From: a virus
Lineage: Duplodnaviria > Caudoviricetes
Reading direction: 5' to 3' (one strand)
Length of the DNA: 64,000 nt
Virus record (IMG/VR): IMGVR_UViG_3300021124_000001
A program made the translations under genes and the position numbers. Position 1 is the first letter of the stretch, and each line of letters starts with the position of its first letter. The notes below the pieces were generated by a model, which saw only the letters and a list, made by a program, of their open reading frames with translations, had not been told where the DNA came from and did no database searches. Shown here in pieces: positions 1 through 10,168 of this stretch.

Positions 1-1
1 A

Positions 2-955
2 GGAAGAGATGAAAAATGGAAAGAAGAAACGATACGAAACACTTCACTTGAACAGTTCCGACAAGAATTTGAATGTGAGTTTTTGGGTTCTACAAACACA
101 TTGATTTCTGGTCAAAAACTGGCTCAAATGGTGTACAAAGACCCATCATCAACACACGATAATGTCAACATATACGAGATGCCAATCAAGGAGGATGGAG
201 AAAAACAAAAAGACCATTTGTATGCCATCTGTGTTGACGTATCAGAAGGCAAAAACCTGGATGCATCGGCATTCTCGGTGTTTGACATATCGGTGTTACC
301 ATATAAACAAGTAGCAACATACCGAAGCTCATCTATACATCCAGTTTTGTTCCCAACCGTAATCTATAATGCGGCTAGGTTGTATAATGATGCGTATGTT
401 TTAGTTGAAATTAACAACACTCCACAAATTGCAGAGATTTTACACGCAGAATTGGAGTACGAGAACTTGTGGAAAGTGTTCACAGGTAATAAGAAACCAC
501 AACAACTGTCTGCCGGGTTTGCGAGAGGTGTACAGTTAGGCTTAAAAATGTCACCACAAGTTAAGCGTATAGGTTGTTCTAACCTAAAAATGTTGATTGA
601 AGGTGACAAACTTCAGGTTAATGATTTCGATACGATTTCAGAATTGACGACATTCGTACAGGATAAGAACTCCTTTGCGGCTGAAGAAGGTGCAAATGAT
701 GACTTGGTTATGACAATGGTGTTATTTGCATGGGCAACAACACAGAAATACTTCAAAGAAATTGTAAGTCACGACATCCGTAAACAACTTCAACTCGAAA
801 CCTTGAACCAAGTTGACGATGAAACTCTGCCGGCACCCATCATCGATGACGGAAGAGAACACAATTTAGAACTTATGGACGGCGATTTATGGGATTCCAG
901 CATCGGCGGAGATACATATGGCTCTTTTGTCAGAGACATGTTACGAAATCTGTAA
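2..955 (+). CDS. gp17: Terminase large subunit, C-terminal nuclease part (5' truncated by window)
   Basis: Frame is open from base 2: GRDEKWKEETIRNTS..QFRQEFECEFLGS, CVDVSEG..D, ANDDLVM; directly upstream of tail sheath as in T4. Confidence 0.95.
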   Translation, partial: GRDEKWKEETIRNTSLEQFRQEFECEFLGSTNTLISGQKLAQMVYKDPSSTHDNVNIYEMPIKEDGEKQKDHLYAICVDVSEGKNLDASAFSVFDISVLPYKQVATYRSSSIHPVLFPTVIYNAARLYNDAYVLVEINNTPQIAEILHAELEYENLWKVFTGNKKPQQLSAGFARGVQLGLKMSPQVKRIGCSNLKMLIEGDKLQVNDFDTISELTTFVQDKNSFAAEEGANDDLVMTMVLFAWATTQKYFKEIVSHDIRKQLQLETLNQVDDETLPAPIIDDGREHNLELMDGDLWDSSIGGDTYGSFVRDMLRNL

Positions 956-966
956 AAATGGTCTTT

Positions 967-974
967 CATAAATA
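967..974 (+). promoter_or_regulatory. T4-type late (gp55) promoter CATAAATA
   Basis: Variant of TATAAATA upstream of gp18; xxTAAATA recurs upstream of other late genes. Confidence 0.6.
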
Positions 975-1024
975 TTCACATGGTATAAACTACCAATAAC
1001 AGAATAATCAAGGAGAAGAAACAA

Positions 1025-2794
1025 ATGGCTCAAATTGCTCAATTATCTCCAGGCGTACTTGTAACAGAAACCAACTTAACAACAGTTGTACCTTCAGTTC
1101 TAACTACGGCCGGTGCATATGCAGGTGCCTTTACTTGGGGTCCAGCAAATAAAATTACTCAGATTGACACTGAAAAAACACTCGTAAATACTTTTGGTCA
1201 ACCAGACTCAAACACAGCTTCATCATTTTGGACAGCCGCTTCGTTCTTGGCTTACGGCAACAACCTTCAAGTTGTTCGTGCAATTGATGCAAATACATTG
1301 AACTCTACAGCAACAGGAACAGGCTATCAAGTTCCAAACAAAGATGTATTCCAATACAGCTTGTTGGCTGGACCAAACGGCAACAGCTACGGTGCATTCA
1401 TGTCTCGTTATCCAGGCGCACTAGGAAACTCTCTAACAGTTTCGGTTATTGACGCAGGTTCAACTACTGCTCAATTTGCGGCATGGAACGTTGCAGTGTC
1501 TAATACAACCACAGCTAACGCAAGCACAATTTCTTTGGCAGGTTACTTCAACGGATTGCCAAGCACATCTTACAATACTGGACGAGTTGGTGGTGCAAAC
1601 GACCAAATTCACGTAGCGGTTGTTGATACTGGTGGTTTGTTCTCTGGTGTTAAAGGTACTGTTTTAGAAACATTCCCATTCTTGTCTAAAGCATCTGATG
1701 CTATCGATCAAAATGGCCAATCAAGCTACTACAAAAATGCAGTTTTCAATAACTCAAAATACATTTATGCAGTAGACCCAGTTAACTACATTGCTACAAA
1801 CGGCACATGGGGTAAAACAGCGGCTAACACCAATTTTACAACATTATCTGGAACATATACATTACCGTTGAGTGGTGGTACAGATGCATCAATTACTGAT
1901 GCAGATATTATCACCGGAATGTCTTATTTCTCTGATACAGCACAAACAGCAATTTCGTTGTTGATGACTGGACCATACACAAACACAGCAGTACAAACAC
2001 AAGCAATCACTATTGCTTCTACACGTAAAGACTGTGTTGCATTTGTTTCTCCACCACAATCTTCTGTTGTTAATAACGTAGGAAGCGAAGTTTCAAGTAT
2101 TCAATCATGGATTAGCGGCCTAAGTTCTCTAGCTGGCGGACCATCAGGTTCATATGCTTTTGCTGATTCTGGTTGGAAATACTTGTTCGACCGTTACAAC
2201 AACACATACCGTTGGGTTCCATTGAACGGCGATATTGCTGGTCTATGTGTATACACAGACTCACAAAATAGTCCATGGTGGTCTCCAGCTGGTCTGAATC
2301 GTGGTATCATTAAGAATGTTATCAAGTTGGCTTTCAACCCAACACAAGGTAACCGTGACTCGTTGTACCAAGTTGCAGTTAACCCTGTTGCTTCATTCCC
2401 TGGTCAAGGAACAGTATTGTTTGGTGACAAGACTCTACAATCACAACCTTCAGCGTTTGATCGTATCAACGTTCGTAGATTGTTCATTGTTCTGGAACAA
2501 GCAATTGCTAAAGCCGCACAATACTCATTGTTTGAATTTAACGATGCATTTACACAAGCGCAATTCGTTGCTTTGGTAACTCCATTCTTGCGTCAAGTTC
2601 AATCACAGCGTGGTATTACAGCGTTCCAAGTTGTTTGTGATTCAACAAATAACACTCCTTCTGTTGTTAATAACAACCAGTTCGTTGGTGATATCTACAT
2701 CCAGCCTGCTCGTTCTATTAACTACATCCAGTTGAATTTTGTTGCCGTTGGTACTGGTGTTAACTTCTCCACAATTAGCAACACCACAGCGTAA
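1025..2794 (+). CDS. gp18: Tail sheath protein
   Basis: SPGV..E, F.WGP, FLAYGNNL.VVR, PWWSPAG.NRG, GDKT..SAFDRINVRRLF, PARSINYI.LNF. Confidence 0.97.
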   Translation: MAQIAQLSPGVLVTETNLTTVVPSVLTTAGAYAGAFTWGPANKITQIDTEKTLVNTFGQPDSNTASSFWTAASFLAYGNNLQVVRAIDANTLNSTATGTGYQVPNKDVFQYSLLAGPNGNSYGAFMSRYPGALGNSLTVSVIDAGSTTAQFAAWNVAVSNTTTANASTISLAGYFNGLPSTSYNTGRVGGANDQIHVAVVDTGGLFSGVKGTVLETFPFLSKASDAIDQNGQSSYYKNAVFNNSKYIYAVDPVNYIATNGTWGKTAANTNFTTLSGTYTLPLSGGTDASITDADIITGMSYFSDTAQTAISLLMTGPYTNTAVQTQAITIASTRKDCVAFVSPPQSSVVNNVGSEVSSIQSWISGLSSLAGGPSGSYAFADSGWKYLFDRYNNTYRWVPLNGDIAGLCVYTDSQNSPWWSPAGLNRGIIKNVIKLAFNPTQGNRDSLYQVAVNPVASFPGQGTVLFGDKTLQSQPSAFDRINVRRLFIVLEQAIAKAAQYSLFEFNDAFTQAQFVALVTPFLRQVQSQRGITAFQVVCDSTNNTPSVVNNNQFVGDIYIQPARSINYIQLNFVAVGTGVNFSTISNTTA

Positions 2795-2821
2795 TAAATA
2801 ATCAACATATAGGAGATTAAA

Positions 2822-3388
2822 ATGGCATTTCAAATTAGCGAATTCACAAGTGCGTTACAACAGGATGGCGCACGTCCGAATTTATTCCAAGTTGTAATGA
2901 CCGGTCTACCAAACGGCGCTGGCCAATCTGGCCAGCCTTTTTCGTTCTTGTGTAAGGCTGCTCAACTACCTGGTTCAACTATCGGTACAGTTCCACTTTA
3001 CTACTTCGGTCGTGAAGCAAAGTTTGCAGGAAATAGATCATTCGCAGATTGGACAGTAACAGTTATTAACGATGAAAACTTCACAGTTCGTAACTCTATC
3101 GAATCTTGGATGAACAGCATCAACAGCAATGCAGGTAACGTTAGACTGGCACCTACCGTAATTGGTGGTGGTTCCGGCAATCAGCCATATGCTATCGATG
3201 CTACTGTTAACCAATTTAGCAAGACGGCTACAGCAGGTTCAAACGGCGTAATCAAGTCATACAGTTTTGTTGGCATGTTCCCAGTCGATCTATCTCCAAT
3301 CGATTTAGATTGGGGCACAAACGATACAATTGAAGAATTCTCAGTAACATTCTCATATCAATACTGGACTTCTAACACAACAAGCTAA
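2822..3388 (+). CDS. gp19: Tail tube protein
   Basis: GARPNLF, CKAAQLPGSTIG, GR..KFAG.R.F.DW.VTV.NDE.F, IEEF.VTF.YQYW. Confidence 0.96.
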   Translation: MAFQISEFTSALQQDGARPNLFQVVMTGLPNGAGQSGQPFSFLCKAAQLPGSTIGTVPLYYFGREAKFAGNRSFADWTVTVINDENFTVRNSIESWMNSINSNAGNVRLAPTVIGGGSGNQPYAIDATVNQFSKTATAGSNGVIKSYSFVGMFPVDLSPIDLDWGTNDTIEEFSVTFSYQYWTSNTTS

Positions 3389-3404
3389 AATTTGTTGTAT
3401 ACAT

Positions 3405-3430
3405 AAGAGAGGGCTTAGGTCCTCTCTTTT
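3405..3430 (+). terminator. Rho-independent terminator after gp19
   Basis: AAGAGAGGGC-TTAG-GTCCTCTCTT hairpin followed by T-run. Confidence 0.75.
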
Positions 3431-3460
3431 ATGTGTTTTTTGAAATGGAATTAAAAAAAT

Positions 3461-5143
3461 ATGGCCCAAAAGTTTAGTCTCTTTGGTTTTACAATTTCTC
3501 GTCAAGAGGAAGAAAACCAAAAATCAACCCAGCAGTCGTTTAGCCCACCGGCAAGCGATGATGGTGCATTAACGATTACTTCCGCCGCATATTATGGAAC
3601 ATATGTTGACCTAGATGGTACAGCAAAAAATGAAGTAGAACTTATATCCCGCTATCGTGAAATGGCGATGCAACCTGAAATTGAATCGGCGATTGACGAT
3701 ATTGTTAATGAAGCAATCTGCCAAGACGATGACGGCAAGATTATTCAGATCGTTCTGGACGATTTAAAACAACCAGACAAGATTAAGAAAGCCATCAAAG
3801 AAGAATTCAATACAATCATGAGATTGTTGAATTACACCAACATGGCTCAAGACATTTTCCGCAGATACTATATTGACGGTAAAATGTATTACCACATTAT
3901 TATTGATCGTGAAAACCCAACACAGGGCATCAAAGAATTACGTTACGTTGATCCTCGTAAGATGCGTAAGATTCGTGAAATCAAGAAACAAAAAGATGAA
4001 CGAACAGGCGTAGAGGTAATGAATGTTGTTAATGAATATTATATCTACAACGACAAAGTTACTTCAGGATCTTCCACAAATTATGGTCCAGTTGGCACTC
4101 GTATTACTACAGATTCAGTTATTTCTGTTGTCTCTGGACTTATGGATTCTCGCCGTGCGGTGGTATTATCTTACCTCCACAAAGCAATTAAGCCATTGAA
4201 CCAGTTGCGTATGATTGAAGATGCGACAGTTATCTATCGTATCTCTCGTGCACCAGAACGTAGAATTTTCTATATTGACGTTGGTAACTTGCCTAAATTG
4301 AAAGCAGAACAATACCTACGTGACATTATGGTCAAGTATAAGAACAAATTGGTATATGATGCCAACACAGGTGAAGTCCGAGATGATCGTAAATTCTTGT
4401 CCATGATGGAAGACTTCTGGTTACCACGTAGAGAAGGTGGCAAAGGTACTGAGATTACTACACTACCAGGTGGACAGAACCTAGGTGAATTGGAAGACGT
4501 TAAGTACTTTGAGAAGAAACTATATAAATCATTAAACGTTCCTGTGTCTAGGCTTGATCCAAATAGTTCTGGATTCTCATTAGGTCGTGTAGGTGAAATC
4601 ACCCGTGACGAATTGAAGTTTTCTAAGTTTGTTGGCCGTCTACGTAGCAAGTTTTCAGATTTATTTGACCAGTGTTTAAGAGCACAATGTGTTCTTAAAG
4701 GTATTTGTACTGCTGAGGAGTGGAGTGAATTTAAAGAACATATCCACTACAACTTCATCAAAGACAATAATTTCACCGAGCTTAAAGAAGCTGAGTTGAT
4801 GCAACAAAGATTAACTTTGTTGGGTGCAGTTGATCCATACACAGGTCGTTATTTCTCACAAGCATGGATTCAACGTAATGTATTGCGCTTGAATGATGAT
4901 GAAATCAAAGTCATGCAGTCTGAGATTGAAGAAGAAAAAGAAGCTGGTATTGGTTTACCTGTGTCTGTTACGAATGATGTTGCACAACAACAAATGATGT
5001 CTCAGATAGATATGGAAGGCAATGAGCACCAAAATAAGTTAGATATGAAGTTGGACCAAAGTAAGGAAAAGAATCCTGCTAAACAAGACTATAACGAAAG
5101 TTATTCACCAACTTTAGAGATTGTAAAACGAGTAATCAATTAA
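3461..5143 (+). CDS. gp20: Portal vertex protein
   Basis: LSYLHKAIKPLNQLRMIEDA.VIYRISRAPERRIFYIDVGNLP, EDFWLPRREGGKGTEITTLPGG. Confidence 0.97.
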   Translation: MAQKFSLFGFTISRQEEENQKSTQQSFSPPASDDGALTITSAAYYGTYVDLDGTAKNEVELISRYREMAMQPEIESAIDDIVNEAICQDDDGKIIQIVLDDLKQPDKIKKAIKEEFNTIMRLLNYTNMAQDIFRRYYIDGKMYYHIIIDRENPTQGIKELRYVDPRKMRKIREIKKQKDERTGVEVMNVVNEYYIYNDKVTSGSSTNYGPVGTRITTDSVISVVSGLMDSRRAVVLSYLHKAIKPLNQLRMIEDATVIYRISRAPERRIFYIDVGNLPKLKAEQYLRDIMVKYKNKLVYDANTGEVRDDRKFLSMMEDFWLPRREGGKGTEITTLPGGQNLGELEDVKYFEKKLYKSLNVPVSRLDPNSSGFSLGRVGEITRDELKFSKFVGRLRSKFSDLFDQCLRAQCVLKGICTAEEWSEFKEHIHYNFIKDNNFTELKEAELMQQRLTLLGAVDPYTGRYFSQAWIQRNVLRLNDDEIKVMQSEIEEEKEAGIGLPVSVTNDVAQQQMMSQIDMEGNEHQNKLDMKLDQSKEKNPAKQDYNESYSPTLEIVKRVIN

Positions 5144-5152
5144 GGAAATAAA

Positions 5153-5386
5153 ATGGACGCAAGACAACTAATAGACTATGCCGCACAAGATGATGCAGTT
5201 AATTTTAGAGCCGCTTTGTATGCTTCTATCCACGATAGAGTAACAGCACACATTGAAGCTAAGAAGCAAGAAATTGCTCAGGGTTTAATTATACAGCAAG
5301 AAGAAGAAGCTAAACCAAAAATGAAAAAAGAAGATGAGAAGTTTCATCTTAAAAAAGAAGAAGAAAAACCTACACACGGTGAGTAA
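5153..5386 (+). CDS. Prohead core protein, gp67-like
   Basis: Small acidic protein directly after the portal gene, in the gp67 position. Confidence 0.55.
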   Translation: MDARQLIDYAAQDDAVNFRAALYASIHDRVTAHIEAKKQEIAQGLIIQQEEEAKPKMKKEDEKFHLKKEEEKPTHGE

Positions 5387-5429
5387 TATTTAAGACATAA
5401 ATATATAACATCACTAAAATAGTAACGCC

Positions 5430-6017
5430 ATGGCAAAATTTACATATCAAGTATTAAGAGATACGAACACAGATTCTGTGATTAAAATCACAGGTGCATT
5501 TTCCGATTCAACACCGGAAGCTAACGGTTCTCGCATCCAAGCAAACTCATTGGCATTTACTTTAGCAACAAATGGTTATCCAGTTGCTAACAGCCAAGGT
5601 GGTTCATCTAACACCTTTTTGTCATACTATGATTTGCAAGTTACTGGTGTAAAATATTACGTCAACTTTCCAACAAACACTGTTGGTGGTGTCGAATTAT
5701 ATTGGAATGGAGCTGGAGCAAACTGGGCGGCACAATATGCAAACTCTGCAACAATTTTCCATTTGAACGGTGATGGTGAATTTGGTCTAGGTGAGCAATT
5801 GCCGGCCATTATCAATAACTCAGGCAACACAGTTAATGGCGTGGCCGTTGCTAATACTATGGGAAATGGCGACATAGGCGTTGTAACAACCGGTGGTGTA
5901 GCAAATGCGGCTTATACACTAATTGTTTCATTACGTAAGAATAACAATATGTACTCTCGCGGCCAGTTCCAAGATCCTGCGGCATTCAACTACAAGCCAT
6001 ATGGTATTACACCTTAA
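5430..6017 (+). CDS. Putative virion protein, paralog A
   Basis: Late promoter CATAAATA at 5396-5403; N/T/G-rich; shares N- and C-terminal motifs with next ORF. Confidence 0.6.
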   Translation: MAKFTYQVLRDTNTDSVIKITGAFSDSTPEANGSRIQANSLAFTLATNGYPVANSQGGSSNTFLSYYDLQVTGVKYYVNFPTNTVGGVELYWNGAGANWAAQYANSATIFHLNGDGEFGLGEQLPAIINNSGNTVNGVAVANTMGNGDIGVVTTGGVANAAYTLIVSLRKNNNMYSRGQFQDPAAFNYKPYGITP

Positions 6018-6026
6018 GGAACAATT

Positions 6027-6560
6027 ATGGCAAATATTTACACTTATCAAGTTTTAAGAGACACAACAGAAAAGGCAGTTATCAAATTAACTGCTAACTT
6101 TGATGGTACAGGAAATGAATACAACGTTTCACGTATTGCGGCCAACACACTTTCTGGAGCTTTAGCAACTAACGGATATCTTGTTGCGAACAACCAAGGC
6201 GGTTCAGCAAATACACCACTATCATATTATGGTTTGACTGTTACGAGAATTGGTTACAACATTGCTTCACAACAAAAAGGTTATGTTGAGTTGTTCTGGA
6301 CAGGAAATGGTGCCGCAAACAACTTACCTATCATGAATATGGATCTTTGTGGTGAATATAGTGAAGACCAAGGTATGGTTTCTATTCCAAACAACGCAGT
6401 TGGTGCAACAGGCGATATTGGTGTTACGACTGTAGGTTTGGTTGCAAACTGTGCTTACACATTGATTATTGAATTACGTAAAGAAAATCAATACTACCAG
6501 CGTGGTCAGTTCAACGATCCTGCCGCATTCAACTACAAACCATATGGATTGACACCATGA
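6027..6560 (+). CDS. Putative virion protein, paralog B
   Basis: YTYQVLRDT..VIKLT..F ... RGQFNDPAAFNYKPYGLTP, paralogous to 5430-6017. Confidence 0.6.
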   Translation: MANIYTYQVLRDTTEKAVIKLTANFDGTGNEYNVSRIAANTLSGALATNGYLVANNQGGSANTPLSYYGLTVTRIGYNIASQQKGYVELFWTGNGAANNLPIMNMDLCGEYSEDQGMVSIPNNAVGATGDIGVTTVGLVANCAYTLIIELRKENQYYQRGQFNDPAAFNYKPYGLTP

Positions 6561-7201
6561 AATTAATCAAAGAAATCAATGAAACGGTTAATTACCTTTC
6601 AGAATCAAAAGACGGAAAAAAAGAACTTTTTATTGAAGGTCCTTTTCTAGTTTCGGAGAAGAAGAATCGCAACGGACGTCTATACGAATTTAATACGATG
6701 AAAAAAGAAGTTCATCGTTACACAGAAGAATACATCAATAAGAATCGTGCATTTGGCGAACTCGGCCATCCAGATTCACCAACTATCAATCTTGATCGTG
6801 TTTCACACATGATTGTTGGTTTGCGTGAAGATGGTACGCAATGGATCGGCAAAGCGAAGATTCTTGAAACACCAATGGGTAACATTGCTCGTCAACTGAT
6901 TGAGGGTGGTGCACAGCTAGGTGTTTCTTCACGAGGTATGGGCTCATTGAAAAGCGTTAACGGTGTTAATGTTGTTCAGCCCGATTTTTATCTGGCCACA
7001 GCGGCGGATATTGTAGCAGATCCTTCTGCACCTGGAGCTTTTGTTCAAGGTATCATGGAGGGTAAAGAATGGATGTTGGTCAATGGTGTTTGGACTGAAG
7101 TAGATCACGCTGAAGCTGTAAGAGAAATCAAACATGCATCTAAGGCACAGATCGAAGCAGTAAGTCTTCGCATTTGGGAAAACTTCATCAAAAAACTATA
7201 A
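6557..7201 (+). CDS. gp21: Prohead core protease
   Basis: MKLI.E, KNRNGR.Y, RA.GELGHP, NLDRVSH, LGVSSRG.GS, ADIVADPSAP.AFV.GIMEG. Confidence 0.96.
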   Translation: MKLIKEINETVNYLSESKDGKKELFIEGPFLVSEKKNRNGRLYEFNTMKKEVHRYTEEYINKNRAFGELGHPDSPTINLDRVSHMIVGLREDGTQWIGKAKILETPMGNIARQLIEGGAQLGVSSRGMGSLKSVNGVNVVQPDFYLATAADIVADPSAPGAFVQGIMEGKEWMLVNGVWTEVDHAEAVREIKHASKAQIEAVSLRIWENFIKKL

Positions 7202-7203
7202 CC

Positions 7204-7211
7204 TATAAATA
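7204..7211 (+). promoter_or_regulatory. T4 late promoter TATAAATA
   Basis: Perfect consensus upstream of gp22. Confidence 0.75.
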
Positions 7212-7239
7212 TTCAATATAAAATCAAGGAGATTTTTAA

Positions 7240-8445
7240 ATGTCAAGATTCAAACTATCAGAAGCCGCTACCGCTATCCTAGAAGGTTCTAAAGAAACTT
7301 TTGCGGCTAACGTGGCAGCTAAACAAGGTCAACGTGGCCAAGACGCTCACAAAATGGGTGAAGTTGGTGACCAAAAACTAAAGGCAGCTGTTGCTTATGG
7401 CCAACACGATGCAGGTATCGTTGGTAAATCGCCAGAAGAAATGGATGACGGTCTACCAGATTACCTAAAAGGTACTCCATCAGCAACTCCTCCAGGTGCA
7501 ACTCCTCCAGTTGGTTCAGAGAAAGATGGCGTTGGTATTTCTAAGCCAAAAAATCAACCACAAGAAACAATGGGTCGCAAAGATGTTATGCACCCTGCAC
7601 AATCTACTGCTGACCAATATGATGCTATCCGTGATCGTATCATGGGTAAAATGCCAGCACAAACAATGCAAAAGAACCCAGGTGCTACTTTCCAGAATTA
7701 TGCTGAAGGTCTAGACATGTCTGAAGACGTTCGTGCTTTGTTGGACGGTGAAGGTCTGTCAGAAGAATTTGCTACAAAAGCTACAACAATTTTTGAAGCC
7801 GCTGTTATGTCTCGCATCGAAAAGATTGCAGAGCAAGTTGAGGCTCAATTGGTTGAACAATTTGATTCTGCTGTAGAACAAGTTAAAGAAGATTTGGCTG
7901 CTAAAGTTGATGACTACTTGAACTACATGGCAGAAGAATGGATGAAAGAGAACGAATTGGCAGTTGAGACTGGCCTACGTAACGAAATCGCTGAAGATTT
8001 CATCAATGCTCTACGTAACGTATTCGTTGAACACTACATCGACATTCCAGAAGACAAAGTTGACGTTGTTTCCGAAATGGCAGAAAAAGTTTCTGAATTG
8101 GAAGACCAACTAAACGAACAAATCAATTCTGCTATCGAAATGAGAAAAGAATTGAACGAACACAAAAAACATGAGGCTATCTACGCAGTGTGTGAAGGCC
8201 TAACGCAAACTCAAGTAGAAAAATTAAAATCACTCGCAGAGGGTGTGGAATTTACTACTGAAGAAGAATTTGCGGCAAAACTGTCAACTCTAGTTGAATC
8301 TTATTTCTCTAAAGCTGACGTTAAAGTTGCAGACAATTCTGCTTTGGATGATGAAGTCCACATCGAAGAAGAAAAGAAGACTACCAAGTCAACTGATCCT
8401 TTGATGGAACAATATGCAAGCGTGATTTCTAAATCACTAAAATAA
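7240..8445 (+). CDS. gp22: Prohead scaffolding protein with N-terminal extension
   Basis: LSEEF..KA.TIFEAAV, VD.YLNY..EEW..EN.LAVE.GL, LF.EHYI.IPE.K-type motifs; between gp21 and gp23. Confidence 0.92.
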   Translation: MSRFKLSEAATAILEGSKETFAANVAAKQGQRGQDAHKMGEVGDQKLKAAVAYGQHDAGIVGKSPEEMDDGLPDYLKGTPSATPPGATPPVGSEKDGVGISKPKNQPQETMGRKDVMHPAQSTADQYDAIRDRIMGKMPAQTMQKNPGATFQNYAEGLDMSEDVRALLDGEGLSEEFATKATTIFEAAVMSRIEKIAEQVEAQLVEQFDSAVEQVKEDLAAKVDDYLNYMAEEWMKENELAVETGLRNEIAEDFINALRNVFVEHYIDIPEDKVDVVSEMAEKVSELEDQLNEQINSAIEMRKELNEHKKHEAIYAVCEGLTQTQVEKLKSLAEGVEFTTEEEFAAKLSTLVESYFSKADVKVADNSALDDEVHIEEEKKTTKSTDPLMEQYASVISKSLK

Positions 8446-8485
8446 TAAATAAATTTACAGTTTCAAAAATAAGGAGAACATTCAC

Positions 8486-9823
8486 ATGTTTATGACTGAA
8501 GAACTACAACAAAAATGGCAACCAGTTCTGGAGCACCCAGAGTTGGCAGCTATTGCAGACCCATACAAGAAAGCTGTTACAGCACTTGTTTTGGAAAATC
8601 AACACCAAGCTATGCGTCAAGACGCTAGAATGTTGAACGAAACTCTTTCTGACGCTGGTCCTACCAACGTTACGACTGGTGTTTCCAACTTCGACCCAAT
8701 CTTGATCTCTTTGGTTCGCCGTTCATTGCCTAACCTAATCGCTTATGATATTGCTGGCGTTCAGCCAATGACTGGTCCTACAGGCCTGATCTTCGCAATG
8801 CGTGCACGTTACAATGCTCAAGCAAACACAAACGCAGAAGCATTCTACAACGAAGCTAACACCATTTTCTCTGGTGTGAACTCATCTGCTAACCCATACG
8901 GTTTCACAGGTACTAACACATCTGATGCAAACACATGGTTCCAGATCAACGCTTCTGGTACAGCTAACACTACTTCTGGTATTGGTATGCCTACAACTAC
9001 TGCTGAATTGTTAGGTTCAGAAAGTGGTCCAGCATTCAACCAGATGGCATTCTCAATCGAGAAGGTTACTGTTACTGCTCAAAGCCGTGCGTTGAAAGCA
9101 GAATACTCACTAGAACTTGCTCAAGACTTGAAAGCAATCCACGGTCTTGACGCTGAAACAGAATTGTCTAACATTCTGTCTACAGAAATTCTAGCTGAAA
9201 TTAACCGTGAAGTTATCCGTACAGTGTACAACACTGCTAAGATCGGTGCTCAGTATGGTACTACTACCGCTGGTTACTTCGACTTGGATACTGACTCTAA
9301 CGGTCGTTGGTCTGTTGAACGTTTCAAAGGTTTGATTTTCCAAATCGAACGTGATGCTAACGTTATTGCAAAACAAACTCGTAGAGGTAAAGGTAACGTT
9401 CTGATCGTTTCTTCAGACGTTGCTTCTGCTATGGCTATGGCTGGTGTGTTGTCTTACACTCCATCGCTACAAGCTGACCTACAAGTTGACGATACAGGCA
9501 ATACATTTGCTGGTATGTTGCACGGTCGTATCAAAGTGTACATCGATCCATATTATGGCGGTTACACATCTAACCAAGAATTGGTTACTGTTGGTTATAA
9601 GGGTTCTTCTCCTTATGACGCTGGTCTATTCTACTGCCCATACGTTCCTCTACAAATGGTTCGTGCAGTTGACCAGTTCACATTCCAACCAAAAATTGGT
9701 TTCAAGACTCGTTACGGCATGGTAGCAAACCCATTTGCTGAAGGCCTAACACAAGGTGCTGGTAAGTTGGATTCTCAATCTAACGTTTACTATCGCTTGT
9801 TCGCAGTGAAAAACCTAATGTAA
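8486..9823 (+). CDS. gp23: Major capsid protein
   Basis: DPILISLVRR..PNLIAYD..GVQPMTGPTGLIFAMR, SRALKAEYSLELAQDLKAIHGLDAE, FQPKIGFKTRYG. Confidence 0.98.
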   Translation: MFMTEELQQKWQPVLEHPELAAIADPYKKAVTALVLENQHQAMRQDARMLNETLSDAGPTNVTTGVSNFDPILISLVRRSLPNLIAYDIAGVQPMTGPTGLIFAMRARYNAQANTNAEAFYNEANTIFSGVNSSANPYGFTGTNTSDANTWFQINASGTANTTSGIGMPTTTAELLGSESGPAFNQMAFSIEKVTVTAQSRALKAEYSLELAQDLKAIHGLDAETELSNILSTEILAEINREVIRTVYNTAKIGAQYGTTTAGYFDLDTDSNGRWSVERFKGLIFQIERDANVIAKQTRRGKGNVLIVSSDVASAMAMAGVLSYTPSLQADLQVDDTGNTFAGMLHGRIKVYIDPYYGGYTSNQELVTVGYKGSSPYDAGLFYCPYVPLQMVRAVDQFTFQPKIGFKTRYGMVANPFAEGLTQGAGKLDSQSNVYYRLFAVKNLM

Positions 9824-9854
9824 TTAGGCAAGCCCTCGCTAAGAAGGGCAATTC

Positions 9855-9882
9855 AAAAGGGACCTTCGGGTCCCTTTTTTTT
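9855..9882 (+). terminator. Rho-independent terminator with cUUCGg loop
   Basis: AAAAGGGACC-TTCG-GGTCCCTTTTTTTT. Confidence 0.9.
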
Positions 9883-9919
9883 GGTGCCTAAATACCTATA
9901 CATTCCTTTAGGAGATACG

Positions 9920-10168
9920 ATGATTAAACATATCAAACGCCTATTTGGTATCAAACCAACAGAGGCTAATGTTGAAGTAGCACTTGTGCAGGTTCAAGAA
10001 GTTGTTCTTGTTGCGGCACCAGAACCAACACCAATGCCTGTGGCAGAAACGGTTACTCCAGTTGTTGAAGTTGTTGCACCTGTAGAAACACCAGCACCGG
10101 TTGAGACTCCAGTTAAAGCTAAGAAGCCTGCGGCCAAGAAAACAAAAACTAAAAAGACTGCAAAATAA
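9920..10168 (+). CDS. Hypothetical protein, P/V/E-rich with Lys-rich tail
   Basis: ATG 9920 after GGAG; VETPAPVETP repeats and KAKKPAAKKTKTKK tail. Confidence 0.6.
   Translation: MIKHIKRLFGIKPTEANVEVALVQVQEVVLVAAPEPTPMPVAETVTPVVEVVAPVETPAPVETPVKAKKPAAKKTKTKKTAK

Noticed and set aside
7483-7510. 15-nt tandem repeat in gp22
   Set aside because: Simply encodes ATPPG-ATPP in a low-complexity N-terminal extension.
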